The notes: generated from the letters alone by a model not told the origin. 64,000 bases of DNA from Auanema rhodensis (GCA_964057225.1 OZ059895.1:16864001-16928000); one strand, 5' to 3'; shown: positions 28,522 through 41,796, counted from the stretch's first letter. Program-made: numbers and translations.

Positions 28522-31500
28522 AATAGAGCTATGATTGTTCAAACGTTTCCTCTTCACCTTTCTCTTTCTCTCTCTCTACCTCTCAGTCACCCTCTTTAGA
28601 GAGTCCAAGGACGTGCAATGATATAGAGACAGACAAATTAGAAGATTTTTTGCGGCTTCAAGGATATAATTAGCATAGGTTGAAGAGACAGCAGGCATTT
28701 GACATGTCGTCTGTCCGGCATGGAGTTACACAGGCCGACAGACTTAGTTGGATTTGATAGACAGGGGGGGGGAGCGTGAACAAGAAAAGAATTTTAAGGA
28801 AAACATGAAAAAAGAAAAATAATTTAAAAAAAGAAATTTGAAAAGAGAACGATGAAATGAGCGAGATTGAGTCAAAGAGAGAAAGAGAGATGGAGAGTCA
28901 AGAAGAGAGTGAAAGAGGTGGGAGCATGTAAGAAAGCATAAGTTCGAAGCAATAAAAGCTTAACAATGCATAGTGCAGACAACAAAAAACAGTAAATTTA
29001 CAAGTGAGAGCATCATAATAGTAAAGCTTTTGCTGTTATTATTATTATTTTTTCAATTTTTTTCTGACTTCCAATAGTCCTCTTAAGAAAATAAAATACA
29101 GTTAGGAGGGAGGAAGAGAGAGAACGAGGGAATAGTAAGAAAGCTTGTTGTATCTAATTGATTTCAATACTTTCTTCCTGGTATAAGTGCAGGTTTCAGC
29201 TTCATAGATCAAAATCAAATCGAATCGAACAGGAATTGAGAATGAGCTCAAAGAACGGGATGTGCGTGGCTTGACAGTTGACTATGTGTATTACTCATTC
29301 ACTATATAATCTATTTTTCTATCTCAAACTATAACATATTTCCGTATGCGCTTCCTTTGTCTATACCTGAAAAGCTGTCATATTTCAATGCTTCCTTATC
29401 ATCTCTACATCCTGTTCAATTTTCAATTCTTCCTCTTCTCTCTGGAATAGGTAGCTCAATCTCTCTTTCTCTCGTATTTCAGCATTTCAACATTGCTCTC
29501 TATAACTCAACCACCCATACTGGCTCAGGTAATTACTAGAGTTAGTCGCGAGAAATTTGTTTGTTGTCGCCCGTCCTTCCTCCCTCCCTCGCTCGCTCTT
29601 TCCTCTTTCCGATTCCCTCAAAATTTTCTGATTTTCAGAACAGAAAAAGAGAGAGAGAGAGAGAAAAAAGTAAACGAGATATAAAGTAAATGAACTGGAG
29701 GAACTGAGAGAGAGAGAGAGAGAGAGAGAACGATAGAAAGAGAAAGAGTTATGAGGTAAAGAGGGAGAGAGTGAGGGAGAGAGAGACAAAGAGAGAATAA
29801 GAGTAAAGCAATGTTTTTCTTTCAAACATATTCCGTTCAAAGAATTTCAACTGTTCCTTTATACTTTTTTCCCTTTAAATTTTTACAGACAATCAAGTCT
29901 GCCAACTAGTAAGCAGAGCCAAGCTGCGGGTTCTTTTGATGACAACTATCCGGTTCAATTGGCTTACCTAATTGAAGTAGACAAGCTATTATAGGAAGTA
30001 AAGGCAGTCAACTACAAGACAACTTCTGCCTTCACGGTCTCTTTCTCACCTTTGGTCTCTCTTTCTCTCTCTCTCTTTATATATTCCTTTCTCACTCTCT
30101 ATCTCTCTTTAAGTCCATAAATCTCAAAAATACTAAGTAATTTCTTTGCCTTCTCACCTTCTACCGTAATCATATATGAAGTATTTAGATGTTTTTGATC
30201 TATAACTATGCGAACCATTCACGAATATCCTTTCAAATAACTTTTCTTGGCGTATTTCCAAATAAATTTCTTTAATTTGAATTGTGAAAATTATTTTCAT
30301 ATTAACCAGCAAAATAGAAAATTAGCGACAACTAAACTAAAAATGGTTATAAAGCTTGAAGAAAGAAATATGTGTATGAATATACATTACAAGACATGAA
30401 TCAGGATAGTGAGAGAGAGAGAGAGGGAGGGAGGGAGGGAGAGAAAGAGGGAGATAAGGTAAGAAGAACACAGAGTTTGTTAACAGGGATGACACATAAG
30501 AGGGAAAATATGAAAATGTTAGTACAATAATAAGAAAAAAAATCAGAAATACGTTATAGTTCAAGTATAAATATATGAATAAAAATATAAAAATATTAAT
30601 AAAGAACCAAAAAATGTGGAAAAATTTCCTCATTCTTATCAAAGAAATATCAGATTACATATAGATATGAAAAGTTTATAATTAAAAAAAAAATAATAAT
30701 ATTAATAAATATATAAAATAAAGAAAAATATAATAAATATAATTAAGAGAGTAAGTCAAAAAAAAATAAAGAGAGAAAATAAAAATAATAAAAATGAAAT
30801 GAGTAGAGCACAAGAATAAGGCGGGAAAAAATAATTTTAAATAATATAAATATAATTTATATAATATTTGTGATAATATGTATAATATGCATTATAAATA
30901 ATGTTAAATAATATAAGGAAATGAAAACGATAACTGAATTAGTTTTCGGAATAATGATGATAATCATTTTAATTTTGAAAATTTAATAGAAAATTCATCA
31001 AAGTATTTCCTATTTTAACAATTTTTGCCGAGACAATTAACTTCATATAAACAGGTAGATAGTTCATATTTTAACCATATCATATAATAATTATTAGTAT
31101 AGAATAATGATTTGTAAGGAGAATGTAGAGGTTACTTTTCCTGTCAGCTTAACTATATGTATAGTTAAGTTGAAGAGTGTAATCATATCAATGTATAAGA
31201 ACTAGTATTGACTGTTAATAACATGAATGATAATCACATGAAGTAGACATAAAGCTGTGAAGATGAGACTGCTCTCTCAGCTGGAGTCGATGAGCATGAT
31301 AGAGATGATGCTTGATGATGGTGACAAGGGGGGGGGGAAGCATTCTCAGCACTATGTATTCACAGACACCGACACACAAATTGAATTTTCATCTAATTAA
31401 ACGAATTCAAGAATAATTAGATGGTAAATTTAATGAGAAATGGGTTAAAAAAGTCTAAAAATCTGGATGAATCTGTGACAAAAATGAAAAATAATAGGAT

Positions 31501-32193
31501 TATGAGCATTGAAATAAATGGTAAGGAATGAGTGATGATAGACGACGAGATGCAAAAACGGCATATAACATGCTTATAGGTTTTGAGACTTCATTCCAAC
31601 AGTTGGAGTTATGAAACTGTGTGCATGTACGGTCCGAGCAGCAAACTGATGATGCTGCTCGGACCGTGAAGCAGAAGAGCATGCTCATCACTAATCGTCA
31701 ACGATGAGATCTTGCTCATAGATGAAGCTGAGAGAGCAGCATTTGCCTCGAAACCAGTCACGTCGGTCTCCTTCGCATCCAGGGTGGTTGCAGACGTAAT
31801 GAATACTAGCTAATTAAGAGATTAATCTCATTGTCAACTAGTAGCCATGCAGACTCTTTTCTTAGTTTCCTCATCATCTCTTTAGTTATAATGCTATTTC
31901 CTGTTATTTCTGTCTTTCTTGCGCTTCTCTATTCTTCTATTCTTCTGTCTCTTTTACTCTCTTCTTTTCAATCCAAACTCTTCTTTCTCTTCATCTTATA
32001 AACGATCATCTACCTACTCTCTCCTCCCCCCTTTTCTCTTTCAATTTACTCATTGGTTTATATCTTCAGGATCTGAAAAAAAAACTATTTTCTACTTTCA
32101 AGGTACATGGGTCAGTATTTTCATAACAGGGCTCAAAAACAGCGCTTCTTTCTGTATGCTTTTTCTATTTCTCTGTAAACTCAGTTTATTAAA

Positions 32194-32252
<59 letters not shown>

Positions 32253-33437
32253 AATTCATACTTCTCTCTCTCTCTGTATATATATCTGTCTGGCCATCTC
32301 TCTCATTCTCTTTTCATTTTTCTCTGTTTAGCACAATTCTGATGGTTCATGTCCTTACATTGTTCTAATATAGATTAATACAACCAGGCATTAGAAGGAA
32401 GTATAAAATTTCTCTATTACTCCAACGACAAGCCAGATGTCTCAGCTGACTCATCTTCTTGTTAATTGTCTTTACTAAAGCCTTTGAAAGACTTTTTCAA
32501 ACTTGTCAGAAGATGTGTTGCTACATTCTACTTGCCGTTAAAGTTCAGATGTTCATTATAGATTGTGTGATTGCTGTTCAGACATCTACATGCATGTGCA
32601 TATGTCTCTTCGTGCCCCAGATGATTTTCATTCCATCACAAATTGTTCCGGGATTGTTACCGTCGTCTGATGATCAGCAGTGACGTTGTTGATGTCACAT
32701 CATCACCCTATTGCTTTCTAAGCTGTCACTGTTCAACTGAAGCATATTTGAAATCAAAAAATGTCGGAAACTTCATAAGCAAAGTAGTTTTACGTAGCCA
32801 AAAGCGTTTAAAAAGCAAAGAAAACGAAGATAGTATGATGATGAGACTTGGTAGTTTTCTTGAAGCTGAGCCTCTCTTTTTCTTTTTTAATTAAAAGCAA
32901 ACACGTCTATAAATGAGACTAATTGGGACAAGTAATGAGAAGTCCAATTCGCCTAAGCAAAAACCTTAGCCTTTGACATAAAGCCCATGAAGTGCGTTGG
33001 ACATTTGATCAAATGATGCAACATTATTCAAAGTAGTATATAAGCATATACCTAATAAGTTTTAAAGTTTTCAAGTTTTAAAGTTTGTATAAAACTTTTT
33101 AATATATTATAAACAAATAAAGAAGTAAATTATAAAAACATAGTAGATGAGATCTCCTCATCTGTGATATATAGTTGAATGCTCAGTCGACATCAGCAAT
33201 AAGGTTGTAGGACAAAGAACTATTCTTAATTTAATTAAAATTATAATTAAAAATGTAATTTTAGGAACACAATTTCCAAATGTTTTGTTGCAAAATTTAA
33301 GAAAAAAAAACATTTCTATGCGCATTTTTAACAATTTTTTAAAAGAAAGCGGGAGACAACTAAGGTGTTATATGGAAAAAGTTAGAGAAAGAGAAATAAT
33401 ATTTTATAAAAAAAAAAAACTTTTTTTTTATTAAATG

Positions 33438-33530
33438 CAACCGATAATCTAATTTATTAAAATTATAATCTGAAGATGTTACACGTTACTCATTATTATT
33501 TTGACGTACGTGTAAAATATTACGTGAAAT
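33438..33530 (+). promoter_or_regulatory. Dispersed module, copy 4
   Basis: CAACCG 33438; ACGT at 33483, 33504, 33508; TACGTGAAAT 33521-33530. Confidence 0.5.
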
Positions 33531-34048
33531 TACTATATATGCAAATTTTGATCATTAGAGAATTTACATGAAAAAAAAAAGAAAAAGAAAAATTATTTTT
33601 CGAAATATTGAACTTTGTCTATCTTTGTCAATTGTGTCAAAAATGGAATTGACGACAAAAAAAAGTAAATCTAATGTATTAATAAGACAAAATGATGGCG
33701 ATGAAGATTATTCAGAAATTCATGAAGCAATGAAATGACCAAAAAAATAAACTATTTTAAGAAATAAAAGTAATATATGAAAAGAGAGAAAGAGGGAGGG
33801 AATAAGAAAGAGAGAGAGAGAGAGGAGGAAAAGAGGGAAAAAAAGATTGAAAGAGAATAAAAAGAAAAAAGGTGAGGAGATGTATAAGACACTTCTAAAT
33901 GACAAGTCAGTATGTCGGTGTTATTGTTTGTACTAAAAACGATAGTGAAATAGATAAAATTTTAAAAATGAGTTGAGCTGAATGAAGAAATGACATGGAT
34001 AGATGAAAGAGAATAAGGAAAAGTTGAGATCCAAAGGAGTTGGTAAGC

Positions 34049-34105
<57 letters not shown>

Positions 34106-36556
34106 CATGGAGGTTCTATAATCAAACAGAAGCATAAATTTTGGCATTAATGACGTTATGGTGTCACTTACTTACACCTGGCTAACGACCTTAGTTGGAG
34201 AGAGGGAATGAGAGAAGCAAGGCCATAAGATGAAGTCAGGGATTTCAATCGAATTAATTATATGATTCTCATATTTTGAAATTGATGTTATAGTTAATGA
34301 TACATGTTATAGCTATAAGTGTAACAACAGGAGACGAAGAAGAAGAATACTGTCAAGTCATGGAGCTAAAGCATAGTAAGCTCTTCAACAATCTTGTAGC
34401 ATATGCGGTAAGCTATACCTTATGACGAACTTAAAAGTATATTCCGAGCATCTAAATCATAAAGAATATAATGGTATGATATGACTTTTCAATAATACGA
34501 GCCTGAGGCTATCTGACGATGATCTTGTGTCAAAATTATTCAAAGTCGCTCTAACTGTATAAGCATAAGTTCGAATACTAAATAGCAGCTTAGGTTTTAT
34601 GTTTAATGTGGTTATATAGCACTAGAGGTATGGTTCCAAGCTTTTCATGCTTCATACTAAGTTAATTCTTCTTAGTAATATACCTTTCCTTTCATCAGTC
34701 TACGTTTATGACTTCGTTCTATGTTGCACCTGCATGTCTCATATGCTTATCCACATGCATTCATATTCTCTCGCAATCTCTCAGTTACTCTCTCATCCTG
34801 TTACCCTCTGAATGTAACCTGCTATTTTCATTTCTTTTCTTGATCTGTTTTACTTGCTCTCTCTCTCTTCATCTTCATATAATCTTACTCCATTTCTCGA
34901 TCTCAACTTATTTGTCGCATTCGAATCCGGAAATCAAGAATACGGTAATTAAAGGTGGCTCCCGTCAAGAGGGCCTTCTATGCCGTCTGATTCTGTCTGT
35001 TTCAGTCTGTCTTTCCTTCTTTGCTTCTTGCAATCAAACTCTCAGACTCTCTCATCTCACATCCGTCATTATTCAGTTGAAAAGTAGGTGAGGAAAATGG
35101 CTAATAAAGCTTTCAACCAAATAACAAACGAATTAAAGTTTTCGTTTAAGGCTAAACCAAAAATTTAAAGCTTATATGTATGAATTTATAAATCAGAGAA
35201 TTTTGCGTGTATGTTTTATTGAAAAAGCAATTGCACAGCTAACCTTATAGAATTGAGAAAAAAATATTTTATTTTTAAATTGAGAAACGTTTGCTTGATG
35301 AGAAAAAGAAGGAGAAGAAGAAGAAGAAGCATCACGAGAAGGAGCTTGAAGCTTGAAGCTTGAAGTGAAAAAGCTTATACAAAGGATACAATTGCTGAAC
35401 GGTAGTTAGTATGAGTATATCAGATGTCCTCTCCAATTATCAGTTTTAATTCACGTATCTATGTGATGAAGCAACTGTTAGTGCTGCTAAAGATAAAATT
35501 TTTGATTATGGTGATGCAATATAGGTTGTAACTTTATGCTGTAGAATCATATAATTAGCAGCTTAATATATTATTAGTTTACTTTTATTAATATTTTAAA
35601 TTATGCTAATTAGAAGTATGTTTATATAGATGTAGGCTTTGTATATATTTATGTATATTCAGATTCACATTTGCCTCTGATGGAAGGAAGGACAGCACAG
35701 ATGACACAAATAGCTTAAAAATTTAAATGTAATGCTTTTGATTTGAAAGACAAAGTTAAAAATCTTATCGTGCAAGGAAAAAGCATTGCAGAGATAGAGG
35801 GCACAAAAGAGAGAGAGAGAGAAAGAGAGAGAGAGAAAAAATCTCGTTCAATACTAACTGATGAACTAGCTTGATCCTGATTACATCATCATCTCATCTA
35901 CGCTCATCATGAAAATTTAAAATTTATTCATTCAACTTTCGGTTATAAATGAGGCCGACAGCCGGCCAACGAAACGACGTGCAGCCGTGAAGCATGTCGC
36001 CGACGACAAGCACGAAGTTGGAAAGCTGAAGCTGATGAACAGCATCAGTACTTGACTGGCCTGCACAGATTGAAGATGAAGCAAGAATTTTCGAATTGAA
36101 TTAACTGTGTCGCTTGACAAGTTATTTATCAGCTTTGCCGATTAGGCACTCTGTTCAGAGCAAAATCAAATTTTTGACCGGCATCCGGCTTCTTCATTAG
36201 TTAGTGTGGGCAAAAGTTTTGATCTGATTAGAAGTTTCGTCATTCTGGAAAATAGGTTCTTTTTTTTATTTTTTTGAAAACTGAGGGACACCTCAAAAAT
36301 ATTTCTTATCATTTTTCAGAAAGAAAGAGGGGTGGGGTGATAGAGAGAGAGAGAGAGAGAGAGAGAGGGGAGTATAAAACTTTTGATCAAGTGATATGAT
36401 ATATGCTGAAATTTCAAAAAAAAAATAATAATTAGCATAGCATTATATGACTAATTTAGTTTATTAGATAAAAAGAAAAATGAATAAATGAGAACAGAAA
36501 CAGAAAGAGACGGAGATACATAAAGAAGGAAAAGAGAGGGAGAGAGAGAAAGAGAG

Positions 36557-36597
<41 letters not shown>

Positions 36598-36822
36598 TAA
36601 AGGTAATAACAGAGCAATTTAATCATAGCCTTTTTGTTTATGATAGCCTTCAATTGTTCGTATAAAGCTAATAACTTAATTAATAATCACCAAGGAAATA
36701 AACGTATAGCTACCGTTTCCTCAAGATTTATGGAATGAATTGCCCTAATTTCTTAATTGCCTTTCCATATCTCACTCAAATCATATTAGCAATTGCTTGA
36801 CAGCTCATGTGCTAGGCTATTT

Positions 36823-36884
36823 GTTTCACGTGATCATTTCACGTAAAAATGCATTTCGATCAGTAAGACTCAGTTGTACGGTTG
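36823..36884 (-). promoter_or_regulatory. Dispersed module, copy 5
   Basis: Minus strand reads CAACCG...AAATGCATTTTTACGTGAAATGATCACGTGAAAC. Confidence 0.5.
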
Positions 36885-36998
36885 GTTTTGAATGCGACAG
36901 AGCACAGCTTTCAGACGAAGTCAACCCAACCGAAATGTTTTTGGACGGCCTATATGTCCAGAATGCATACTTGTAGCCTACCATTGCCATCATCAAAG

Positions 36999-37002
<4 letters not shown>

Positions 37003-37074
<72 letters not shown>
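37003..37074 (+). repeat. (CT)n microsatellite, ~72 bp
   Basis: Read directly. Confidence 0.95.
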
Positions 37075-37088
<14 letters not shown>

Positions 37089-37872
37089 TTAGCCATTTTC
37101 AATAATTTCTCTTTAGATCTTAATTCCAATTGAACAGGAAGTTCGGAAGACTTCATGAAGCTAGTATTGTATTGTATTAAACCACTAATTTTCACACCTG
37201 CCCAATTCGATGAATCATAGCCTGTCTGACTCTCTTTGACATACATACAATCTTGGCATATGTCACGGCTTCTTTGCAGCTGGAGGTATCGCTATGATTG
37301 TCCAGACTCCAAGTGGCCTACCTTTAAACGCTTCCTGAACTTGGCTAATTACCGAGCCATTGTGGTACCCTTATTACCAATAATTGCCTAATTTGCTCTC
37401 TAATTGTATGCATTTGCTGTCTGAATACTCTCCAGTCATCGGATAATATTTCTTAAGCATTTCCTCGTCTTCAGGTAGTTCGTTTTTCATTTATAATTTT
37501 ACGAAATGAAATGTGAAAGGGGGGGGGGGAGATGGAAGGGATATAACTGCGGAAAGGAACCAACAAAAAACTGCTCAAAAATGCTTTTTTGACGAAAATG
37601 CTCAGGGTGAATTCCATGAATATTCTAGCGAAAAACAACTTATTCATGTTAAGCAGATAACGAAGAAGATTTTTTTTTAAATTGTCGAGAAGCGCCAATT
37701 AATAATATTGAGAGAATAAATTTATTTTTATATCTTCAACATGATGTTATAGATTTGAATTATGCTATATATGGATACATAGATTATAATTAAAACGATA
37801 ACATGATCTACTTAATTATTGGCTTTGAACTATTCTGAAGAAGTGATGATGAAACACAGAGAGAAACTAAGC

Positions 37873-37921
<49 letters not shown>

Positions 37922-38957
37922 AGAGAAAGAGACAGAGACGGTAAGTTGATGATAGGATTGAGAATGAAAATGAAAAAATAAATGAATAAAGGGACAATAT
38001 CTTGGATGATTTTAAATAAAACGAATATTTTGAGATAAAAATGAAGTGATAAATCAAAAGAGAAAGAAGAAAATGAAAATACAGTTAATTCTGAAATAAA
38101 ATAAAGTGAAAACCTGAATAAATTTAGAAAATGAAGATGAAGCTGGATGTTATACTATCAGCATATCAATTCGATAAAGTTATTTAAGGTATTTAGAAAA
38201 GAATATTCAATCAGAATCATCAACCACACAACCACGACAACAATGAAGAAGAAGACGAAGAAGAAAAAAAAAGAAAAATAGCTAGAGAAATGGTTGAGAT
38301 TTGTCGAGAAAAATGAGAAACAAATGCCGTTCAGCAGATACATTATCATAGCTGTTTTGAAGGCAGTCAGTGCCTATCGTCAGTATTAACTGTAATTATG
38401 GAAAAGAGACGAAAATATCTAATCAAGCATTGTTTTGCACCTCTCACGACTATGGATAATCAGTAGTAACTGCGATAATTAATAATTGGCTTTCATATTT
38501 TCTCTCGCAAATGAAATTATCGTTTTCGTTCTATTGTGATAATCTGTAGTTTTAGCAGAAAAATGACAAGCACCACAATCAATTTATTTGACAAAAAAAA
38601 AAAGAAAAAAAACCGAATGTTTGGCTGAATATAGCTACTACTACGATGGTGATCACGACCACCTCGACCACCACCACGACCACCATGATGATATCGATAT
38701 GAGAGTTCAAAAATTAGAGTTTCTTCATAAGTGATCAGTTTATATAAATATAAATATAGATAATATTGTAATAATTGTTTTTTCTGAATATTTTCAAATA
38801 TTTTTAAGATAAGAGAGATATGCTTTATTCTGATTTTTTTTTTAAGTTATTTGCCATTGAAACAAGGTTTTTTCAACTTTTTTTCAGTTAATTGTTGCTG
38901 CAACTTGTTGCTATTGTTGCTGGTTTATATTTGAATATCTTTGAAAACATAAAGAGA

Positions 38958-39009
<52 letters not shown>

Positions 39010-39307
39010 AGAGAGAGAGAGAGAGCTGTTATATCTCATTTCCGGTGATCTTTGGTAAATACATATGTGTTTTAGGAAATTTTGAATGTGAATGTTCCAG
39101 ACACGTCCTATAGTACTAGATTAACCAATCACCAAGCTGTATCACTTAACAGTCACTTGTTAGATGGATATTCATTAATGTTTGAGCAAGTATTATGTAA
39201 AACAAGAAAACAAGCTCATATTCATATGGAGATTAAGTTGGATTAAAGTTGGTAATAATGCTGTTCAATCCATATCAACTTTGTTTTTTCTTTCTTTCTC
39301 TCATTCT

Positions 39308-39356
<49 letters not shown>

Positions 39357-39809
39357 ACTCTTTCTCCCTCTTTCCCTCGTAACATATGTATTCAACCTTT
39401 TCATCCAATTACGATAAGATGTAAACCTTGAAGTATATGAAAAGAAAAGAAAAAACTGAACGATTTATTTGAAAATTCATGAATTACCAACGACAGCTAC
39501 CTTACTCCGTTCAAGAAAATTTAGTTTGATTACCTTTATGTATGAATAGACTTCATTTCCATTTGAATCAAATGAGTCTAATGACGAATCTCTTAGAGAA
39601 ATGTTTCTTCTCTTATTATTTTCTTAAAGCTTAAACATCATAAAAGACACATTATCATCATCAGTGCAACCGCACTGCGTGCTTATTAATTTTGAAATGG
39701 CGGGTGATTTACATTTCAAAATTAATTTTAATTAGAATATACGTGGGTGATCTTAAACATGTAGGTTAAAGATTAAATTGTAGTAATCATATTAGATAGT
39801 TCAATTCCA

Positions 39810-41097
39810 ATGTATGACACTTATCCCTGCCGTTTGTCAACTGATCAAACTGATCAATTTTTGCCTTCATTCAAGGATACAGAAGTCTCATTAAACAATG
39901 TTGAAACATTGAGTTATACTTCGATTCTGAGATCAAACTCAGAAGGATCACGAACTGCACGTACATATGTTTCCTGTCCTGAATGCTACCGTATGCTATC
40001 TTGTCGGAATGTCATGTACCGTCATCTACGCATAGTTCATCGATGGCCGGAGACTTCTGTCCAACATTTGATCAGATGGTTTCGTAAAACCTCTGAATGT
40101 TCATTGCAGCTTTATGCATTCAAATCTGAAAATTATAATAGAACCAATGAAATAGTCACCAAATCAAGGAAGAACTTCAGTACAGTTGATGAACCCTTAT
40201 CCAGAAGATTATCATCAGCGGAAACGTACAATTCTCATTTGAAACTGGTACATTTTGATTATTTTATGAATTTAATGATTCAGTTGACAGTATTTTAGAA
40301 ATTCGTTCCTTGCCCTGTACCCGGATGTACATCTATACTTGGATTTCATGAAGCATTAGCTAATCATTGCGAATTGCTTCATCAAGAAGTTGGAGCAGCT
40401 GGTCAGCCTCAAGACTATTCTATCAAAAAAGTTTTTCATACTTCATTCAATGATTTTGAGGTATTTCATATGCTGCATGCTCATATACACATCTTCATTT
40501 TAGAATTGGCTCGTCGCTCTACAACGTGAGACTGGCAGTTGCTTCATAAAGCGGACAACCAGACACAATCAAGATATCATGTATAGATGCCATCGAACTG
40601 GTCATCCACCAACAAAACGGACAAACAGTATAGTACATCGACGAGGCCACCCAACACGCAAAGTCCAGCTACACTGCAGCGCCTTCATACGTTTGCGTCA
40701 ACTGCACAACGGCTTATATCAGACGAGTTACTGTTCTGGACACATTGTGCACGACTTGGATATATCCAAGACATGGCTAAACAAAGCTGACAAGGAATAT
40801 TTACGAAATCTGCTGTTACAACATCGAAATTACGAAACGGTGATTGAGACAATTCGTTCGGAACGTGGATCAGATGAGCGCATATACTGGACGACACGTA
40901 ACGATTTACAAAACTTAAGTTTGTCATTAAAGTTTGAAGAGCATGCTTCTCCTCAAATATCATCATATGAATCTATATTAAGTAGTAAAACAATAGTAAA
41001 CAAATGCTTATATAATATATATTTAGATCATAGTTATGCTAAAATAGATTCAAATGCTATTATATATCCAAATGGAACTACTTTATCAATGTTATAA
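39810..41097 (+). CDS. C2H2 zinc finger / MULE-transposase N-terminal-like DNA-binding protein, left copy (~397 aa; exons 39810-40247, 40299-40460, 40504-41097)
   Basis: GT-AG introns of 51 and 43 nt keep the frame. Motifs: CPEC-x12-HLRIVH; CPVPGC-x12-HCELLH; F..W...YRCHRTG...C.AFI...YCSGH..H (WRKY/GCM1/FAR1-like); helical region ending R.YWTTRNDLQN. No DDE domain. The start codon and a possible 42-45 nt in-frame intron near 40982-41026 are uncertain. Confidence 0.8.
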
Positions 41098-41737
41098 TCA
41101 AATATATTATATACATGTTAGCAAGTATAAATGTATTTTTTCTTTTCTTTTTTCGTTGTTTCCTTATTTGTTTTTTTGAAGAAATTATATTCTAACGAGT
41201 TGTTGTACCATTTCATGAATGTTTTCATGGTAAATATTAATTTTTTTTGCATCTGAAGATCATATATTTATTTTTTTTTTCTAAAAAAATTATTAAAAAT
41301 AAATAATAAATGGTTTTAAATTACTACTACTACGATTATTTTATTCTATCTATACCTCTTTTTTTTTGTTTAATATGTTTTTCAGCTCAACTTAACTAAA
41401 AAAAATAGAATACAAATGAAAAAAAAATTGAAAGAAAGACAGTAATCATCCTTTACATTGTAATTAAAATATTTTTAAGTTGACATCTTTTTCTCTTTTT
41501 TTTCTTTAAAAAAACTTGTTGAACAGCTCTAATTTAGAGATTGTAGATGATAATTAGCTGGCTTTAACAAAATTTAAAATTTCAGAATATATAATATATG
41601 ATTTGTTTTTTTTTCAGCTGAAAATGTAAATGAACTCTTTATATATTATGATTTTTTTCCTTTTTTTTGAAACAAAATGATTTTCAAGGTTTAAATCAGG
41701 CGGTAAAATAAGCTGAAGCGGTAGTACTGAACGGATA

Positions 41738-41781
<44 letters not shown>
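41738..41781 (+). repeat. (ATG)n trinucleotide repeat (mirror (CAT)n at 43249-43292)
   Basis: Same repeat length in both arms (14 Met in both ORF translations). Confidence 0.95.
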
Positions 41782-41786
41782 AGTAG

Positions 41787-41796
41787 TATATAAAAG
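41787..41796 (+). promoter_or_regulatory. TATA-box-like TATATAAAAG pointing into the spacer (mirror 43234-43243 on minus strand)
   Basis: Matches the TATAAAAG consensus and is followed by GC-richer sequence. Confidence 0.35.

Larger units (their letters stand above)
1..39660. repeat. Microsatellite-rich non-coding region ((AG)n/(CT)n, (ATC)n, (AAT)n tracts)
   Basis: Dozens of GA/CT tracts. ORFs here translate as SLSLSL/ERERER, and I found no spliceable coding exon chain. Confidence 0.85.

Noticed and set aside
552-39431. About 80 short ORFs in the ORF track
   Set aside because: Low-complexity translations of GA/CT/ATC repeats or chance frames, with no domains and no splice-consistent chains
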